Origin: Polyangiaceae bacterium
GTDB taxonomy: Bacteria > Myxococcota_A > Polyangia > Polyangiales > Polyangiaceae
Length of the DNA stretch: 64,000 nt
Reading direction: 5' to 3'
NCBI GenBank assembly: GCA_035063585.1
Contig: JAPSGB010000003.1
Location: 96,001-160,000 of the forward strand
Part shown: piece after piece, positions 40,783-52,580 of the stretch
Layout: each line of letters opens with the position of its first letter
Position numbering within the stretch: the first letter of the stretch is position 1
Program-made: the position numbers and the translations under genes
The notes under the pieces: generated by a model
Databases searched by the model: none
What the model was told of the DNA's origin: nothing
What the model saw: the letters and a program-made list of their open reading frames with translations, nothing else

Positions 40783-42309
40783 TCAGGGCAGCCGGGCTAT
40801 CGACAGCCAGCGCCCCTCCGCGCTCGGGACGAAGCCGCGCGCGCGGGGCGACACGACCGCGATTTGGTCTTCGTGCCAGAGCGGCACGACCGGGAGATCC
40901 TCCGCCATCAGCCGCGCGAGCTGCTGATAGAGCGGCCGGCGCTGCTCGGGCTCGGAGACCCGGGAGGCCTCGGCGAGCAGCCGGCCCGCCGCGGGAGAGC
41001 GATAGCGCGCGCGATTTCTCCCCGCGCCGCCCTCGCCGGGCACGCCGGTCGGGCTGAAGAACCACGAGAGCACGTTCGGCTCGGTGAGCTCCGGCATCTG
41101 GAGGGTGGCAAGATCGTAGTTACCGCTGTCGAGCCGCTCCAGCATCACGCCGAGGTCGAGAGGGACGACGCGCACCGTGAGGCCGGCGTCCCCGAGCATC
41201 TGCGCGATGGCGCGCGCGATCGTCACTCGCGCGCGGTCGGTGCTGGTGAGCAGCGTGAGCGGCGGGAGCGGCTCGAGCACCGGGCGCGCGGCCGCGGGAT
41301 CGAAGGGCTCGGCGGCGAGCGCGCGGTCCTCGGCCCAGTGCCCCGGGGGGAGCAGCTCTCGCGCCGGCTCGCCGCGCCCCGCGAGGAGCGTCTCCACGAT
41401 CAGCCGCCGATCGATGGCGCGCGCGATCGCGTGGCGGACCTCCACTCGCGAGAGCTCCGGGCGGTCATTTTGCATCAAGAGATAGGTGACGTTCGCCCCC
41501 CGTCGCGACACCACCTCGAGCCCGTCGCGCCCCTCGAGCGCGGGCAGGAGCGCCGGGGAGATGGCGTTCGGCGCGACGTCCGCGCGGCCCGCCAACAGCC
41601 GGAGCGCGCGCGCGTTCTCGTCGCGCACGGTGCGGAGCGTCACCGCGTGCCGCGGCCGCGGCAAGACGCCGGTGTCGGCGGGCTCGAGCTCGATGACGTC
41701 ACCGTCGGCGCGCGCGATCCGGTACGGACCGAGCCCGTCGAGCTCGCCGCTCGGCTGCGGCGGCCGGCGGACCTCGTCCGCGCGCAGGATGGGGACCTCG
41801 AGATCGGTGAGCAGCGTGGCGCGCGGCGCAGCGAGTCGAAGCGTGAGGGTGAGTGGGCCGTCGACCTGACAGCTGCCGATGGCGCGCACCACCTCGCGGT
41901 GCGGGCTCCCGAGCCGCTCGTCGCCGAGCGCGGACAGCGTAGCGCAGACGTCCTCGGGCGTGAGGGCGCGGCCGCTGTGGAAGCGCACTCCGGCGCGGAG
42001 CGTGATCTCGAGCGCGCGCTCGCCGAGCCTTCGCCACGAGGCCGCGACCAGCGGGACCGGCGCGAGCGAGGTCGGCTCGAGCCCGACCAGCCCCGCGTGC
42101 ACCAGGCGGGTCGCCTTGACGTCGAGGGCCCGGGTGGAGAACCGCGGGTCGAGGGTGGCGATCCCGGTCGGGATGACGAGCTCGAGCGGCCGCGCGCCCT
42201 CGGGCCCCGGCGCGCGGCCGCAGGCGAGCGCCCCGAAGGCCACCGCCAGCGCGGCGCCTCGCCATTTTCTGGAGGACTCGGGCGCGCGGCGGTAACCGTG
42301 AGTCACCAT
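40783..42309 (-). CDS. ABC transporter substrate-binding lipoprotein, family 5 (peptide/nickel)
   Basis: Lipobox GALAC; TLDPRF, LRAGVRFHSG, GLGPYR, VRHAIARAIDR, EDLPVVPLWH. Start uncertain. Confidence 0.88.
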   Translation of the reverse strand: MVTHGYRRAPESSRKWRGAALAVAFGALACGRAPGPEGARPLELVIPTGIATLDPRFSTRALDVKATRLVHAGLVGLEPTSLAPVPLVAASWRRLGERALEITLRAGVRFHSGRALTPEDVCATLSALGDERLGSPHREVVRAIGSCQVDGPLTLTLRLAAPRATLLTDLEVPILRADEVRRPPQPSGELDGLGPYRIARADGDVIELEPADTGVLPRPRHAVTLRTVRDENARALRLLAGRADVAPNAISPALLPALEGRDGLEVVSRRGANVTYLLMQNDRPELSRVEVRHAIARAIDRRLIVETLLAGRGEPARELLPPGHWAEDRALAAEPFDPAAARPVLEPLPPLTLLTSTDRARVTIARAIAQMLGDAGLTVRVVPLDLGVMLERLDSGNYDLATLQMPELTEPNVLSWFFSPTGVPGEGGAGRNRARYRSPAAGRLLAEASRVSEPEQRRPLYQQLARLMAEDLPVVPLWHEDQIAVVSPRARGFVPSAEGRWLSIARLP

Positions 42310-43777
42310 GCGATCCATACCGCGCCGCGCGCTCTCCGTCCTCGGCCTCGTGGCGCTCGCCGGCGCGCTCGCCGAGCGGCCCGCCCGAGCGGACCGCCCC
42401 GCGCCGACCTCGCCCCCCGCGCCCGCCGCGCGCCGGGTGAGCGTGGCCGACGCGGTCGCCGAGCTCGCGCACTGGGTCGCGGTGAATCGGGGTGAAGTCG
42501 GGGCGATGGTGCTCGAGCTCGGCACCGACCGCGTGCTCGCCGAGGCCGACGCGCACCGCGCGCTGAACCCTGCGTCGAACGCCAAGCTCCTCACCGCCGC
42601 CGTCGCGCTCGACGAGCTCGGACCGGACCACCGCTTCACGACCGGGTTCTATGGCGACCTCGAGGGCGGCACCGCGCGCTCGCTCGCCCTGCGTGGCGAC
42701 GGCGACCCGTCGTTCGGGACCGAGGAGCTGTGGCGACTCTGCCGCCAGCTGGTGGCGCTCGGCGTGACCCGCGTCGACGGCGACCTCCTCGTCGATCAGA
42801 GCCGGTTCGATGACGCCTTCGTGCCACCCGCGTTCGAACAGCAACCGAACGAGTGGGCTGCGTTTCGCGCGCCGGTGAGCGCCGTGGCGCTCGATGGGAA
42901 CGCCGTCACGGTGAACGTGCGCGCGCGCAAGGCGGGGGAGCGCGCGAGCGTGTGGGTCGAGCCGCCCGGCCTGGTCGAGCTCACCGGCACCGTCGCCACG
43001 GCCCCGCCCGGCAAGGGACAGCGGGTGCGGTTGTCGATCGCGCCGGCCGGTGCGCGCTTGCGCGTCACGGTCGCCGGCAGCGTCGCCGAGCGGCTGCCGC
43101 GGCTCCGCTTCAGGAGACGCGTCGACGATCCGCGCCTGAACCCGGGATGGGTCGCCGCGCACATGCTCCGCTCGCTCGGCGTCACCCTCGGCGGCGGCGT
43201 GAGGCTCGGCGCCGCGGACCTCCGCGCGCCGCTCGTCACCGAGCGCTCGCGCGCGCTCGCCGAGCTCGTGCGCCGACTCGGCAAGGAGAGTGACAATTTC
43301 TACGCCGAGATGCTCCTGAAGGTGCTCGGCGCGGAGCGAGGCGCGGTGGGCTCGAGCGCTGCCGGCGCCGAGGTGGTGCGAGCGTGGCTCGCCCGCGTGG
43401 GGGCGCTCGAGACGGGCACGCGGGTCGTGAATGGCTCCGGGCTCTTCGACGCCAACCGCGCGAGCGCGTGGACCCTCGTCCAGGTGCTGCGCGCAGCCTG
43501 GCGCTCCCCGGCGATCGGCCCCGAGTTCGTGTCGCAGCTCGCCATCGGCGGCGTCGACGGCACGCTGCGCTCGCGCTTCCGCGGACGTCGGGCGCGCCGC
43601 GATGTCCGCGCCAAGACCGGCACGCTCTCGAGGAGCGTGTCGCTCTCCGGTTACGCGCTCTCGCCCGGCGGAGCCGCCCCGATCGCCTACTCGTTCGTGG
43701 TCAGCGGCATCGCGGATCACGCCGCGGTCCGCGCGCGCCTCGATCGGCTCGTCGAACTCATCGCGTCGAGCCATTGA
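42308..43777 (+). CDS. dacB: D-alanyl-D-alanine carboxypeptidase/endopeptidase (PBP4, peptidase S13)
   Basis: PASNAKLLT (SxxK), GDGDPS, SDNFYAE (SxN), NGSGL, AKTGTL (KTG). Confidence 0.95.
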   Translation: MRSIPRRALSVLGLVALAGALAERPARADRPAPTSPPAPAARRVSVADAVAELAHWVAVNRGEVGAMVLELGTDRVLAEADAHRALNPASNAKLLTAAVALDELGPDHRFTTGFYGDLEGGTARSLALRGDGDPSFGTEELWRLCRQLVALGVTRVDGDLLVDQSRFDDAFVPPAFEQQPNEWAAFRAPVSAVALDGNAVTVNVRARKAGERASVWVEPPGLVELTGTVATAPPGKGQRVRLSIAPAGARLRVTVAGSVAERLPRLRFRRRVDDPRLNPGWVAAHMLRSLGVTLGGGVRLGAADLRAPLVTERSRALAELVRRLGKESDNFYAEMLLKVLGAERGAVGSSAAGAEVVRAWLARVGALETGTRVVNGSGLFDANRASAWTLVQVLRAAWRSPAIGPEFVSQLAIGGVDGTLRSRFRGRRARRDVRAKTGTLSRSVSLSGYALSPGGAAPIAYSFVVSGIADHAAVRARLDRLVELIASSH

Positions 43778-43848
43778 CGGCTCCGGGTCGAGTCAGCGCC
43801 GCGTCGCATCGATGACGCTTCCGCGCCGCCCCGACCTCACCTGAGGAA

Positions 43849-43893
43849 GGTCGGTTCGGCGCAATATCCGCGCGGAGCGCGCCCGAACCGGCC
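43849..43893. terminator. Stem-loop between convergent dacB and act operon
   Basis: GGTCGGTTCGG pairs with CCGAACCGGCC (one G-U); no U-tract. Confidence 0.4.
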
Positions 43894-43914
43894 GACTCGA
43901 GCCGCGACGCCCGC

Positions 43915-44454
43915 TCAGGGCGTCTTCGGAGTCGTCCCGGGCGCAGCGCCGCCCTCGACCTTGCCGCCCTTGGCCTTGCCGCCCGCGGCCTTGTCGTCCT
44001 TGGCCTTGCCGTCCTTGGCCTTGTCGTCCTTGGCCTGGCCGTCCTTGGCCTTGTCGTCCTTGGCCTGGCCGTCGGTGGTCGGCGCGCCGGCGTCCGAGTC
44101 GGCGCCCGCTTCAGCGGCCGGCGGCGGAGGAGGAGCCGGCGGGGTGGCGGCGGAGGCGTCCGCGGAGATCTCCGCGACCTCGAGCTGCATGGCTCGCGTG
44201 ATCGGGATGGTGACGATCCCCTTGTCCTTGTCGTCCCACTCGGGCGCGCCGGTGAGCTCCGCTTCTTGGTCGGCCTTGAGCTTCTGCGCCGCGGCGAGCT
44301 TGGCCGGTGGGGTCATCCCCGCCGCCTTGCCGAGATCGTGGCTCTCGTAGTGGAGCACGGCCGCCAGCACGGCGAGCGCGCCCACCCCGAGGATCACGCT
44401 CACTACCACATTGCCCTTGCCGCCCCCGGCTGCCTTGTCTGACTTGCTAGCCAT
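43915..44454 (-). CDS. Single-TM protein at the end of the act operon (ActG-like) with charged repeat tail
   Basis: TM VVVSVILGVGALAVLAAVL; WDDKDKGIVTIPITRAM motif; 10 nt after actF. Confidence 0.65.
   Translation of the reverse strand: MASKSDKAAGGGKGNVVVSVILGVGALAVLAAVLHYESHDLGKAAGMTPPAKLAAAQKLKADQEAELTGAPEWDDKDKGIVTIPITRAMQLEVAEISADASAATPPAPPPPPAAEAGADSDAGAPTTDGQAKDDKAKDGQAKDDKAKDGKAKDDKAAGGKAKGGKVEGGAAPGTTPKTP
43987..44073. repeat. Coding tandem repeat, about 30 bp x3, encodes DG(Q/K)AKDDKAK
   Basis: Directly visible. Confidence 0.8.
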
Positions 44455-44464
44455 CGTCGACCCT

Positions 44465-45682
<1,218 letters not shown>

Positions 45683-45698
45683 CGATCGACTCCGGCGA

Positions 45699-47000
45699 CT
45701 ACTTCAGCGACCCGCGGTCGGCCTCGGGGACATCCTGGATGGTGGCGCCGCGGCTGCGCTGCAGCGCGCGGACGTAGAGCACGATGGCCCAGCGATCTTC
45801 AGGGGAAATCTGCGGGCCGTAGGGCGGCATGTTGCGGATGCCGTGGGTGATGGTGTTGAAGAGCTCACCGACCGGCTGCTTGCGGAGATACTCCTGTGTG
45901 ACGTCCGAGGCCGGGACCCAGGTCCCCTGGGCGAGCTCGACCGCGCGCTCGTTCACCATGCCGTCGCCGTGACCGACCTGCCCGTGGCACGGCGCGCAGA
46001 AGACCCCGAACTCTTGTTGCCCCCGCTTCATGGTCGAATCGGAGATCGGGATCTGGGCCGGGAACTCGCGCGCCCACTCGTCGCCGAGCTTGCCGCGGTA
46101 GAGGTGGTCGTCGTCCTCGAGCGCGCCCACCGCGACCGTCCCCTCGAGCTCCGGGCGCATCGCGCGCTTGTCCTCGAACACCGGGTTCATGCGCTGAGAC
46201 TTGAACTTCTCCTGGAAGTCCATGTCCGGGATGATGTGGATGCGCGGCTTCTCGGAGGTCGAGACCCGAGCGCGCGCGATGAGCGCGAACGGGACCAGCG
46301 CGCCGAGCACGACCAGAACCAAACCGAAGACCAGCGGTCGCGGCATGTTTGCAGGCGTGACCCGGTCCTCCTCCAGCCGATCGACGGCGGTGGGGTGGGT
46401 CCCCTCGAGGAGCTTCCAGGTCTCGTCCTCTGCGAAGCGTGGGTCGCTCGCCTGGATGACCAGGAAGAAGCGGTCGTCCGTGGCGCGGGCGAAGTACTTC
46501 TTGAGGTCGAGCGGGTGTGAGTACTCGGGGAGGCCGTTCAGCGCCAGCATGGCCACCAGCGCCGTGATGGCGCTGAAGAGCACCATCAGCTCGAACATCA
46601 CCGGCACATGGGCGGGGAGGCTCCACATCGGCTTCCCGCTCGTCAGGTACGGGTAGTCGTAGGTGTTCGTCCACCACTGAAGGAGGATGCCGGTGGCGAG
46701 TCCGGTGAGGCCCGCGCCGAGCACGATCCAGGGCAGCACCGTCGGCTTGATGCCCATGGCCCCGTCGATCCCGTGGACCGGGAACGGCGTGTACGTGTCC
46801 CAGTTCTTGAAGCCAGCGTCGCGAACCTTCTTGGAGGCCGAGAGGAGGGCTCCGGGCGTCTCGTACTCCGCGATGAGGCCATGGAGCGGCGTTCCGCCCG
46901 CGCCGCCCTTCGAAGTGCCCGCGCCGTCCTTCGGCGCGTCCGGCTCAGTCTTGGCGGCCTCGCCTGTGCTCTTCTTTGCGTCCGTCTGCTTGTCGCTCAT
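45699..47000 (-). CDS. actDE: Alternative complex III fused subunit D-E (DUF3341 + monoheme cytochrome c)
   Basis: DTYTPFPVHG, GKPMWSLPAHVPVMFE (ActD); DMDFQ, CAPCH heme motif, GIRNMPPY, RWAIVLYVRALQ (ActE). Start at ATG 47000. Confidence 0.9.
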   Translation of the reverse strand: MSDKQTDAKKSTGEAAKTEPDAPKDGAGTSKGGAGGTPLHGLIAEYETPGALLSASKKVRDAGFKNWDTYTPFPVHGIDGAMGIKPTVLPWIVLGAGLTGLATGILLQWWTNTYDYPYLTSGKPMWSLPAHVPVMFELMVLFSAITALVAMLALNGLPEYSHPLDLKKYFARATDDRFFLVIQASDPRFAEDETWKLLEGTHPTAVDRLEEDRVTPANMPRPLVFGLVLVVLGALVPFALIARARVSTSEKPRIHIIPDMDFQEKFKSQRMNPVFEDKRAMRPELEGTVAVGALEDDDHLYRGKLGDEWAREFPAQIPISDSTMKRGQQEFGVFCAPCHGQVGHGDGMVNERAVELAQGTWVPASDVTQEYLRKQPVGELFNTITHGIRNMPPYGPQISPEDRWAIVLYVRALQRSRGATIQDVPEADRGSLK

Positions 47001-47029
47001 GGTTCGTCTCAGCGTCGGACCGGGCGGTC

Positions 47030-48403
47030 TCAGTGTTCCTCGGGGTGTGCGTGAGCCGAGGGCTGGATGCCCTTCACCTCGGCCATGGCCACCATCGGCA
47101 GGTAACGGCAGAACAGCAAGAACAGGGTGAAGAACAGGCCGAAGCTGCCGCCCAGGGTGAGGTAGTCGATCTTGTTCGGGAGGAAGTAGCCCCAGCTCGA
47201 GGGCAGGAAATCTCGCGTCAAGGACGACGGGATGATCATGAAGCGCTCGAACCACATCCCGACGTTCACGAACACGCCCACGACGAAGGTCGCCCAGACG
47301 TTTCGCCGCAGCTTCTTCCACCAGAAGATCTGGGGAAAGACGACGTTGCAGATGTAGGTCGTCCAGGCGATCCACCACACCGGGCCGAACGCGCGGTTAT
47401 AGAAGGTGAAGATCTCCCAGGGGCTCGCGCTGTACCACGCGATGAAGAACTCCATCGCGTACGAGTAGCCGACCAACATGCCGGTCGCGAGGATGATCTT
47501 GTTCATCACCTCGATGTGATCGAGCGTGATGATGTGCTTCAGGCCGAAGAACTGGCGCGCTGGTACCGCCAGCGTCACCACCATGCCGAAGCCACCGAAG
47601 ACGGCGCCCGCGACGAAGTAGGGGGGGAAGATGGTGGTGTGCCACCCGGGGATCTGCGAGGTGGCCATGTCGAACGACACCACCGAGTGCACGCTGAGCA
47701 CGAGCGGGGTCGCCAGCGCGGCCAGGAGCAGGTAAGCGCGCTCGTAGCGGTGCCACTGGCGTGAGGAGCCGCGCCAGCCCATCGCGAAGAGCCCGTAGGC
47801 GATGCGGCGGATCTTGGACGTCGAGCGATCGCGGAAGGTCGCGAGATCCGGGATCATCCCCATGTACCAGAACAGGATGGAGACGGTCGCGTAGGTGCCG
47901 ACCGCGAACACGTCCCACTCGAGCGGGCTCCGGAACTGCGGCCAGACTTCCATCTGGTTCGGGATCGGGAACATCCAGTACGGCAGCCAGGGGCGACCGA
48001 TGTGGATGCCCGGGAAGATCGCCGCGCACATGACCGCGAAGATGGTCATGGCCTCCGCGAAGCGGTTGATCGAGGTGCGCCAGTGCTGCCTGAAGAGGTA
48101 GAGGATGGCGCTGATCAGGGTGCCGGCGTGACCGATACCGACCCAGAACACGAAGTTCACGATCGGCATGGCCCAGGCGACTGGGATCTGCGTCCCCCAC
48201 GCGCCGATGCCCGTCCAGAACACCCACCCGATGCTGCCGAAGAAGACCGCGAGCAGGATGAGCGCGATGCCGAACGCGATGTACCAGGCCTTCGGTGGGG
48301 TCGGTACCTCCGCGATGCGCGCGACGTTGTTGGTGATGCGGGCGAAGGCGGTGTCGCCGCTCGGTCGGCCTTGATACGGGTTGAGGTCGGTTGCGACGGT
48401 CAT
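47030..48403 (-). CDS. actC: Alternative complex III subunit C (NrfD/PsrC-like quinol-oxidising subunit)
   Basis: [68 protein letters not shown]. Confidence 0.96.
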   Translation of the reverse strand: MTVATDLNPYQGRPSGDTAFARITNNVARIAEVPTPPKAWYIAFGIALILLAVFFGSIGWVFWTGIGAWGTQIPVAWAMPIVNFVFWVGIGHAGTLISAILYLFRQHWRTSINRFAEAMTIFAVMCAAIFPGIHIGRPWLPYWMFPIPNQMEVWPQFRSPLEWDVFAVGTYATVSILFWYMGMIPDLATFRDRSTSKIRRIAYGLFAMGWRGSSRQWHRYERAYLLLAALATPLVLSVHSVVSFDMATSQIPGWHTTIFPPYFVAGAVFGGFGMVVTLAVPARQFFGLKHIITLDHIEVMNKIILATGMLVGYSYAMEFFIAWYSASPWEIFTFYNRAFGPVWWIAWTTYICNVVFPQIFWWKKLRRNVWATFVVGVFVNVGMWFERFMIIPSSLTRDFLPSSWGYFLPNKIDYLTLGGSFGLFFTLFLLFCRYLPMVAMAEVKGIQPSAHAHPEEH

Positions 48404-48406
48404 GGC

Positions 48407-51400
48407 TTAGCCCAGCTCCGGGTGCGGGTTCCTGACGCGGGCGAGGTAGAGGGTGCGGGGGCGAGTGTTCAGCTCCTCGAGCAGCGCGTAGGCGCGCGGG
48501 CCCGCCTGGAGCTTGGCGACCTCGCTCGCCTTGTCGTTGAGGTCCCCGAACACGATGGCCTCGGTGGGGCACGTCTGCTGGCAGGCCGTCTTGATCTCGC
48601 CGTCCTTGATCGGTCGCTTGTGGTTCTTCGCCTGGATCTTGACGCTCTGGATGCGCTGCACGCAGTAAGTGCACTTCTCCATCACGCCGCGGAATCGGAC
48701 GGACACCTCCGGATTGAAGGACATCGCCTTCATCTGGTTCTTCCCGTCCTTGAATTCCATGTGGTAGTTGAAGAAGTTGAAGCGGCGGACCTTGTACGGG
48801 CAGTTGTTCGAGCAGTACCGCGTGCCGATGCAGCGGTTGTAGGTCATGTCGTTCAGACCCTCTTCGCTGTGCTGGGTCGCGCCGACCGGGCACACCTGCT
48901 CGCACGGGGCGTTCTCGCACTGCTGACAGGGGACGGGCTGGAAGGCCGCCTCGGGCTCGTCGCTGAGCCCGCGGAAGTAGCGATCGACGCGGATCCAGTG
49001 CATCTCGCGGCCCATCACCACCTGTTCTTTTCCGACCACCGGGATGTTGTTCTCGGCCTGGCACGCCACCATGCAGGCGTTGCAGCCCATGCACCGGTTC
49101 ATGTCGATGCTCATGCCCCACTTCTGGCCGTCGTAGGAGACCGGGGCGACCCACAGGCTGAGCAGCGGCGGGTGCTCGACCTTGTGCTTGGCAAAATCGG
49201 GCTTGGCCTTGTACTCGGCGTAGTCGGCCTGCCGCACGAGCTCCGGGATACGCTCGGCGGCGCCTTCCCGACCGATGTCGCCGATGGCGTGGAGATCCTG
49301 GGTGGTGCCGAGCTGGTAATACTCCCCGGTCGGGGTGACCTTGAGGCCGCCCGCGATGTGGAGCGCCTCGGAGGTGCGGACCTGGTACACGTCGACGCCG
49401 GTCGGCTCGACTCCGTCCTCCACCAGGCCACCGACGTGGCCGAGGGTGGTGCGCCCGAAGCCGAGCACCACGCGGACCGAGCCCTTGGCCTGGCCCGGCG
49501 ACATCATCGCGGGCATGGTGAGCTGCTTGCCGCCGATCTCGAGCTTCACGAGGGTCGAGTCACCGACGCCGAGCTTCTCGGCGGTGGCCGGGTTCAAGAG
49601 CGCGGCGTTCTCCCAGGTGAGCTTCGTCATCGGCTCCGGCGTCTCCTGGAGCCAGGCGTTGTTGGCGAAGCGCCCGTCGTAGAGCCGGCTATCGGGCAGG
49701 ATCACGAGCTCGAGATTGCCGTTGTCGACCTCCTTCGGGCCGAGCTCTCGCGGCGAGAGCGTGAGCTTCCCGAGCGGTCGGAGCTCCGGGCGCACGACGG
49801 GGGCTGCGCTCCCCGCGATGAAGCCGTCGTGCACGGCCTTGCGCCAGGCCTTGTCCGTGGAGAGCCGCTCGGCGTGCGTGCGGCGGACGAGCTCGGCGCC
49901 CACCTTCTTTTCGTCGCCCGAGATGAGCGCGACGAGCTCGAGCGCGCTCCGGCCGCCGTGGATGGGCGCGATGAGCGGCTGCATCATGGTGACCGTGCCG
50001 TCCCACCCGAGCGCGTCGCCCCAGGCCTCGAGGTAGTGCGCCTCCGGCAGGTGCCAGGTCGAGGCGTGCGAGGTCTCGTCTTCGTAGCCGCACAGGTGGA
50101 TGCGGTGCTTCACCTTGGCGTAAGCGGCACCGAACCCGAAGTCCGCCGGGGCGGAGTAGACCGGGTTTTGCCCGAGCACGACCAGCGTCTCGACCTGGCC
50201 GGCGTTCATCTCGTCGACCAGCGATTTCAGCGCGGCGACGTGGGTCGGCCGCGTGGGCTCCCGGTCCGCGACGTAGGTCACCGTGGCGCCGACGTTGTCG
50301 AGGATGACGTTCAGCCGGTGCGCGAGCGCGTGCACCTCGGGCGGCTGATGGCTGCCGGCGACGACCACGCCCTTTCCGCGATTCGCCACCAAGTCCTTGG
50401 CGGCGACCGCGATGAATTTCGCCACCTGCGCGTCTTCCAGGAACGCCGCCGCGGGGCGCTCCTGCGGGGGGCCGAACCCCGCCGCCGGCTGGACCAGCTT
50501 GCTCACCTCGGCGTCGAGCGCCGCGGCCACCGCCTTCACGAGTTCCGAGCGGAGCGCCAAGCGGTGGTCGGCCATCACGCCGAGCAGCGTGAACACGCTC
50601 TCGATCGCGTAGATGCGGTTCATCTCGCCGAGCTCGGGCGTGCGTCGCTTGGCGATGGCGCGCGAGTGGACGAGCGCGGCCGGGTGCAGGCCGAGCAGAT
50701 CGGTGTCGAGGCTGACGACGATGTCTGCCTTCTCGAGGTCGAGCAGCATCCGGTGCGGCGCGCCGAACGCGAGTCGGCTGCCCTCCCGCTCGTTCTCCTG
50801 CGAGACGGGCTCGTACTCGACCCATTTCGCCTGGGGGAAAGCCTCGGCGAGTTTGGAGCGGAGCGCAGCGAGGCTCGGCGACGAGCTCTCGCTGGCGAGG
50901 ATCCGGAGGCCCTTGCCGGCTTGGGAGCGGAGCCCGGCGAAGAGCGGCGTCGCGAAGTCTTCGAACGCCTTCCAGCTCGAGGCCGTGCGCTGCGTTCCCG
51001 AGAACGTACAGACGCCCTCGCTCCGGTCGGGGTCCCAGACGTCGAGCACGCTCGCTTGATGGATCGCGCTGCACGCGCCGTGGCTGCCCGGATGCGCCGG
51101 GTTGCCCTCGACCTTGATGGGGCGGCCGTCGTAGCTGGTGACGTGCAGCCCGGTGGCGACGCCGCCGAGCTCCATCGCGGTCGCGAAGCTGCGCGGCACG
51201 CCGGGGGTGGTGCCGGCGGGGCGCCGCGTCTGCGGCAAGAGGTGGTCCTCCTGCCAGCGGCAACCGGAGACGCCCGCCAGCGCGAGCGACGCGCCGATGA
51301 CCTGCATGAAGCGGCGTCGGCCCGGCGAGTTCGGCTCGAGCTCCTCGAACGGCGCGGCGAACTCGTTCTTGAGCAGCTCTTGGAAACGAGGGGAGCGCTC

Positions 51401-51460
51401 GAGCTCGTCGATGCTCCTCCAGAAGGCCCCCTTGTGCGCCTTTCTGTCTACCTGTGACAT
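48407..51460 (-). CDS. actB: Alternative complex III subunit B (molybdopterin-oxidoreductase-like + Fe-S domain)
   Basis: FWRSIDEL, Tat motif RRRFMQ...GC, GRPIKVEGNPAHP, CMGCNACMVAC, CQQCENAPCEQVC, CIGTRYCSNNC, MEKCTYC. Start at ATG 51460. Confidence 0.96.
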   Translation of the reverse strand: MSQVDRKAHKGAFWRSIDELERSPRFQELLKNEFAAPFEELEPNSPGRRRFMQVIGASLALAGVSGCRWQEDHLLPQTRRPAGTTPGVPRSFATAMELGGVATGLHVTSYDGRPIKVEGNPAHPGSHGACSAIHQASVLDVWDPDRSEGVCTFSGTQRTASSWKAFEDFATPLFAGLRSQAGKGLRILASESSSPSLAALRSKLAEAFPQAKWVEYEPVSQENEREGSRLAFGAPHRMLLDLEKADIVVSLDTDLLGLHPAALVHSRAIAKRRTPELGEMNRIYAIESVFTLLGVMADHRLALRSELVKAVAAALDAEVSKLVQPAAGFGPPQERPAAAFLEDAQVAKFIAVAAKDLVANRGKGVVVAGSHQPPEVHALAHRLNVILDNVGATVTYVADREPTRPTHVAALKSLVDEMNAGQVETLVVLGQNPVYSAPADFGFGAAYAKVKHRIHLCGYEDETSHASTWHLPEAHYLEAWGDALGWDGTVTMMQPLIAPIHGGRSALELVALISGDEKKVGAELVRRTHAERLSTDKAWRKAVHDGFIAGSAAPVVRPELRPLGKLTLSPRELGPKEVDNGNLELVILPDSRLYDGRFANNAWLQETPEPMTKLTWENAALLNPATAEKLGVGDSTLVKLEIGGKQLTMPAMMSPGQAKGSVRVVLGFGRTTLGHVGGLVEDGVEPTGVDVYQVRTSEALHIAGGLKVTPTGEYYQLGTTQDLHAIGDIGREGAAERIPELVRQADYAEYKAKPDFAKHKVEHPPLLSLWVAPVSYDGQKWGMSIDMNRCMGCNACMVACQAENNIPVVGKEQVVMGREMHWIRVDRYFRGLSDEPEAAFQPVPCQQCENAPCEQVCPVGATQHSEEGLNDMTYNRCIGTRYCSNNCPYKVRRFNFFNYHMEFKDGKNQMKAMSFNPEVSVRFRGVMEKCTYCVQRIQSVKIQAKNHKRPIKDGEIKTACQQTCPTEAIVFGDLNDKASEVAKLQAGPRAYALLEELNTRPRTLYLARVRNPHPELG

Positions 51461-52098
51461 GTCGAGCAGCTCTCTGGTGGGTTGATGTCGTTCTCCTCGC
51501 GGAGCTTCTTGCCGTAGGCTTCCGGATCGCCCGGCGCCTTCCAGTTCATGTTGGTGACCTCCGACGGCGGACGGAGGTTCTTCTCGGGCGCGCGGTGGCA
51601 GTCGAGGCACCAGCCCATGCTGAGCGTCTCGTGCTGGTAGACGACCGGCATCTGGTCGACGCGGCCGTGGCAGGACACGCAGCCGACGCCGCGCATCACG
51701 TGCGCGCTGTGGTTGAAGTAGACGTAGTCGGGAAGATCGTGGACTTTCACCCACTCGATCGATTTGCCCGTCTCCCAGCTCTGACGAACCGGCTCGAGCT
51801 TCGGGCTCTTCGTCCACACGCGCTCGTGGCAGTTCATGCAGGTCTGCGTCGGCGGGATCGCGGCCATCGCGGCCTGTTCGACCGTGTTGTGGCAGTAGCG
51901 GCAGTCGATCCCGAGCTCGCCGCCGTGGAGCGCGTGGCTGTAGGCGACCGGTTGCTTCGGTTGGTAGCCGACGTCGGTCGTCTTCGGTGAGGCGCCGTAC
52001 CAGACGAGCGCCGTCAAGTAGACGGGCGCGCCACCGAGGAGGAGCCCGGCGACGGACTTGGCCCGGTTCGCCCAGCGGGGAAATACGAACAGTGTCAT
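51448..52098 (-). CDS. actA: Alternative complex III pentaheme cytochrome c subunit A
   Basis: N-terminal TM; five CxxCH motifs (CRYCH, CMNCH, CVSCH, CLDCH, CSTCH); LPDYVYFNHSAH. Confidence 0.95.
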   Translation of the reverse strand: MTLFVFPRWANRAKSVAGLLLGGAPVYLTALVWYGASPKTTDVGYQPKQPVAYSHALHGGELGIDCRYCHNTVEQAAMAAIPPTQTCMNCHERVWTKSPKLEPVRQSWETGKSIEWVKVHDLPDYVYFNHSAHVMRGVGCVSCHGRVDQMPVVYQHETLSMGWCLDCHRAPEKNLRPPSEVTNMNWKAPGDPEAYGKKLREENDINPPESCSTCHR

Positions 52099-52580
52099 CG
52101 TTCCTGTTCGGTGACGGCGTCGCGACGAGCAGAGAGCGCGTCGCGCGTCGGTCGTAGGGAGGTTGAGGTCATCTTGGTTCTGGTGCGGGTGAGGGCCTGG
52201 GTCTCGATGAGCGGGCGCTCGGGTCGAGAGGGCCGGACGGCGAGCCGCCACGCTCGAGCGGGTGCCTCGCTACCATGACTTCGGGTCAAAATGCGACTGG
52301 CGGGATCATGGCGTTCCCCGCCCGCGTCAATTAGGGTGCGCGCGCCGCCCACATGCCCTCGCGCGCCGGGATCTCCCTCGGGCGCGTCCGAGCAGGAGAG
52401 GCCGGACCGGCGCGGCCGGCGGCCGGGCCGGCCGCGCGGGGACGCGCCCGGCGGCTCCGACTTGACGCGGTGCGTTATTGGGCGGCGCGGCCCGCAGCGG
52501 CCGGGGCGCACACAAACGAAGCGAGGGCCGCGAGCGTGCGCTCGCGACCCTCGACTCGTCACGCCCGCGCGCGGGCGGAC

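Noticed and set aside
48002..51457. 1151-aa plus-strand ORF (also 56266-59829 minus, 23294-25312 plus, 6529-8937 minus, 11127-13094 plus and many similar)
   Set aside because: Long stop-free antisense or alternate frames are expected in very GC-rich DNA; each overlaps a well-supported gene and is Arg/Ala/Gly-rich without motifs.
52099..52580. Possible FNR-like box or sigma-70 promoter upstream of actA (TGACTTCGGGTCA; TTGACG...CATGAT)
   Set aside because: Spacing fits neither the FNR consensus nor a 16-18 bp -35/-10 spacer; not supportable.
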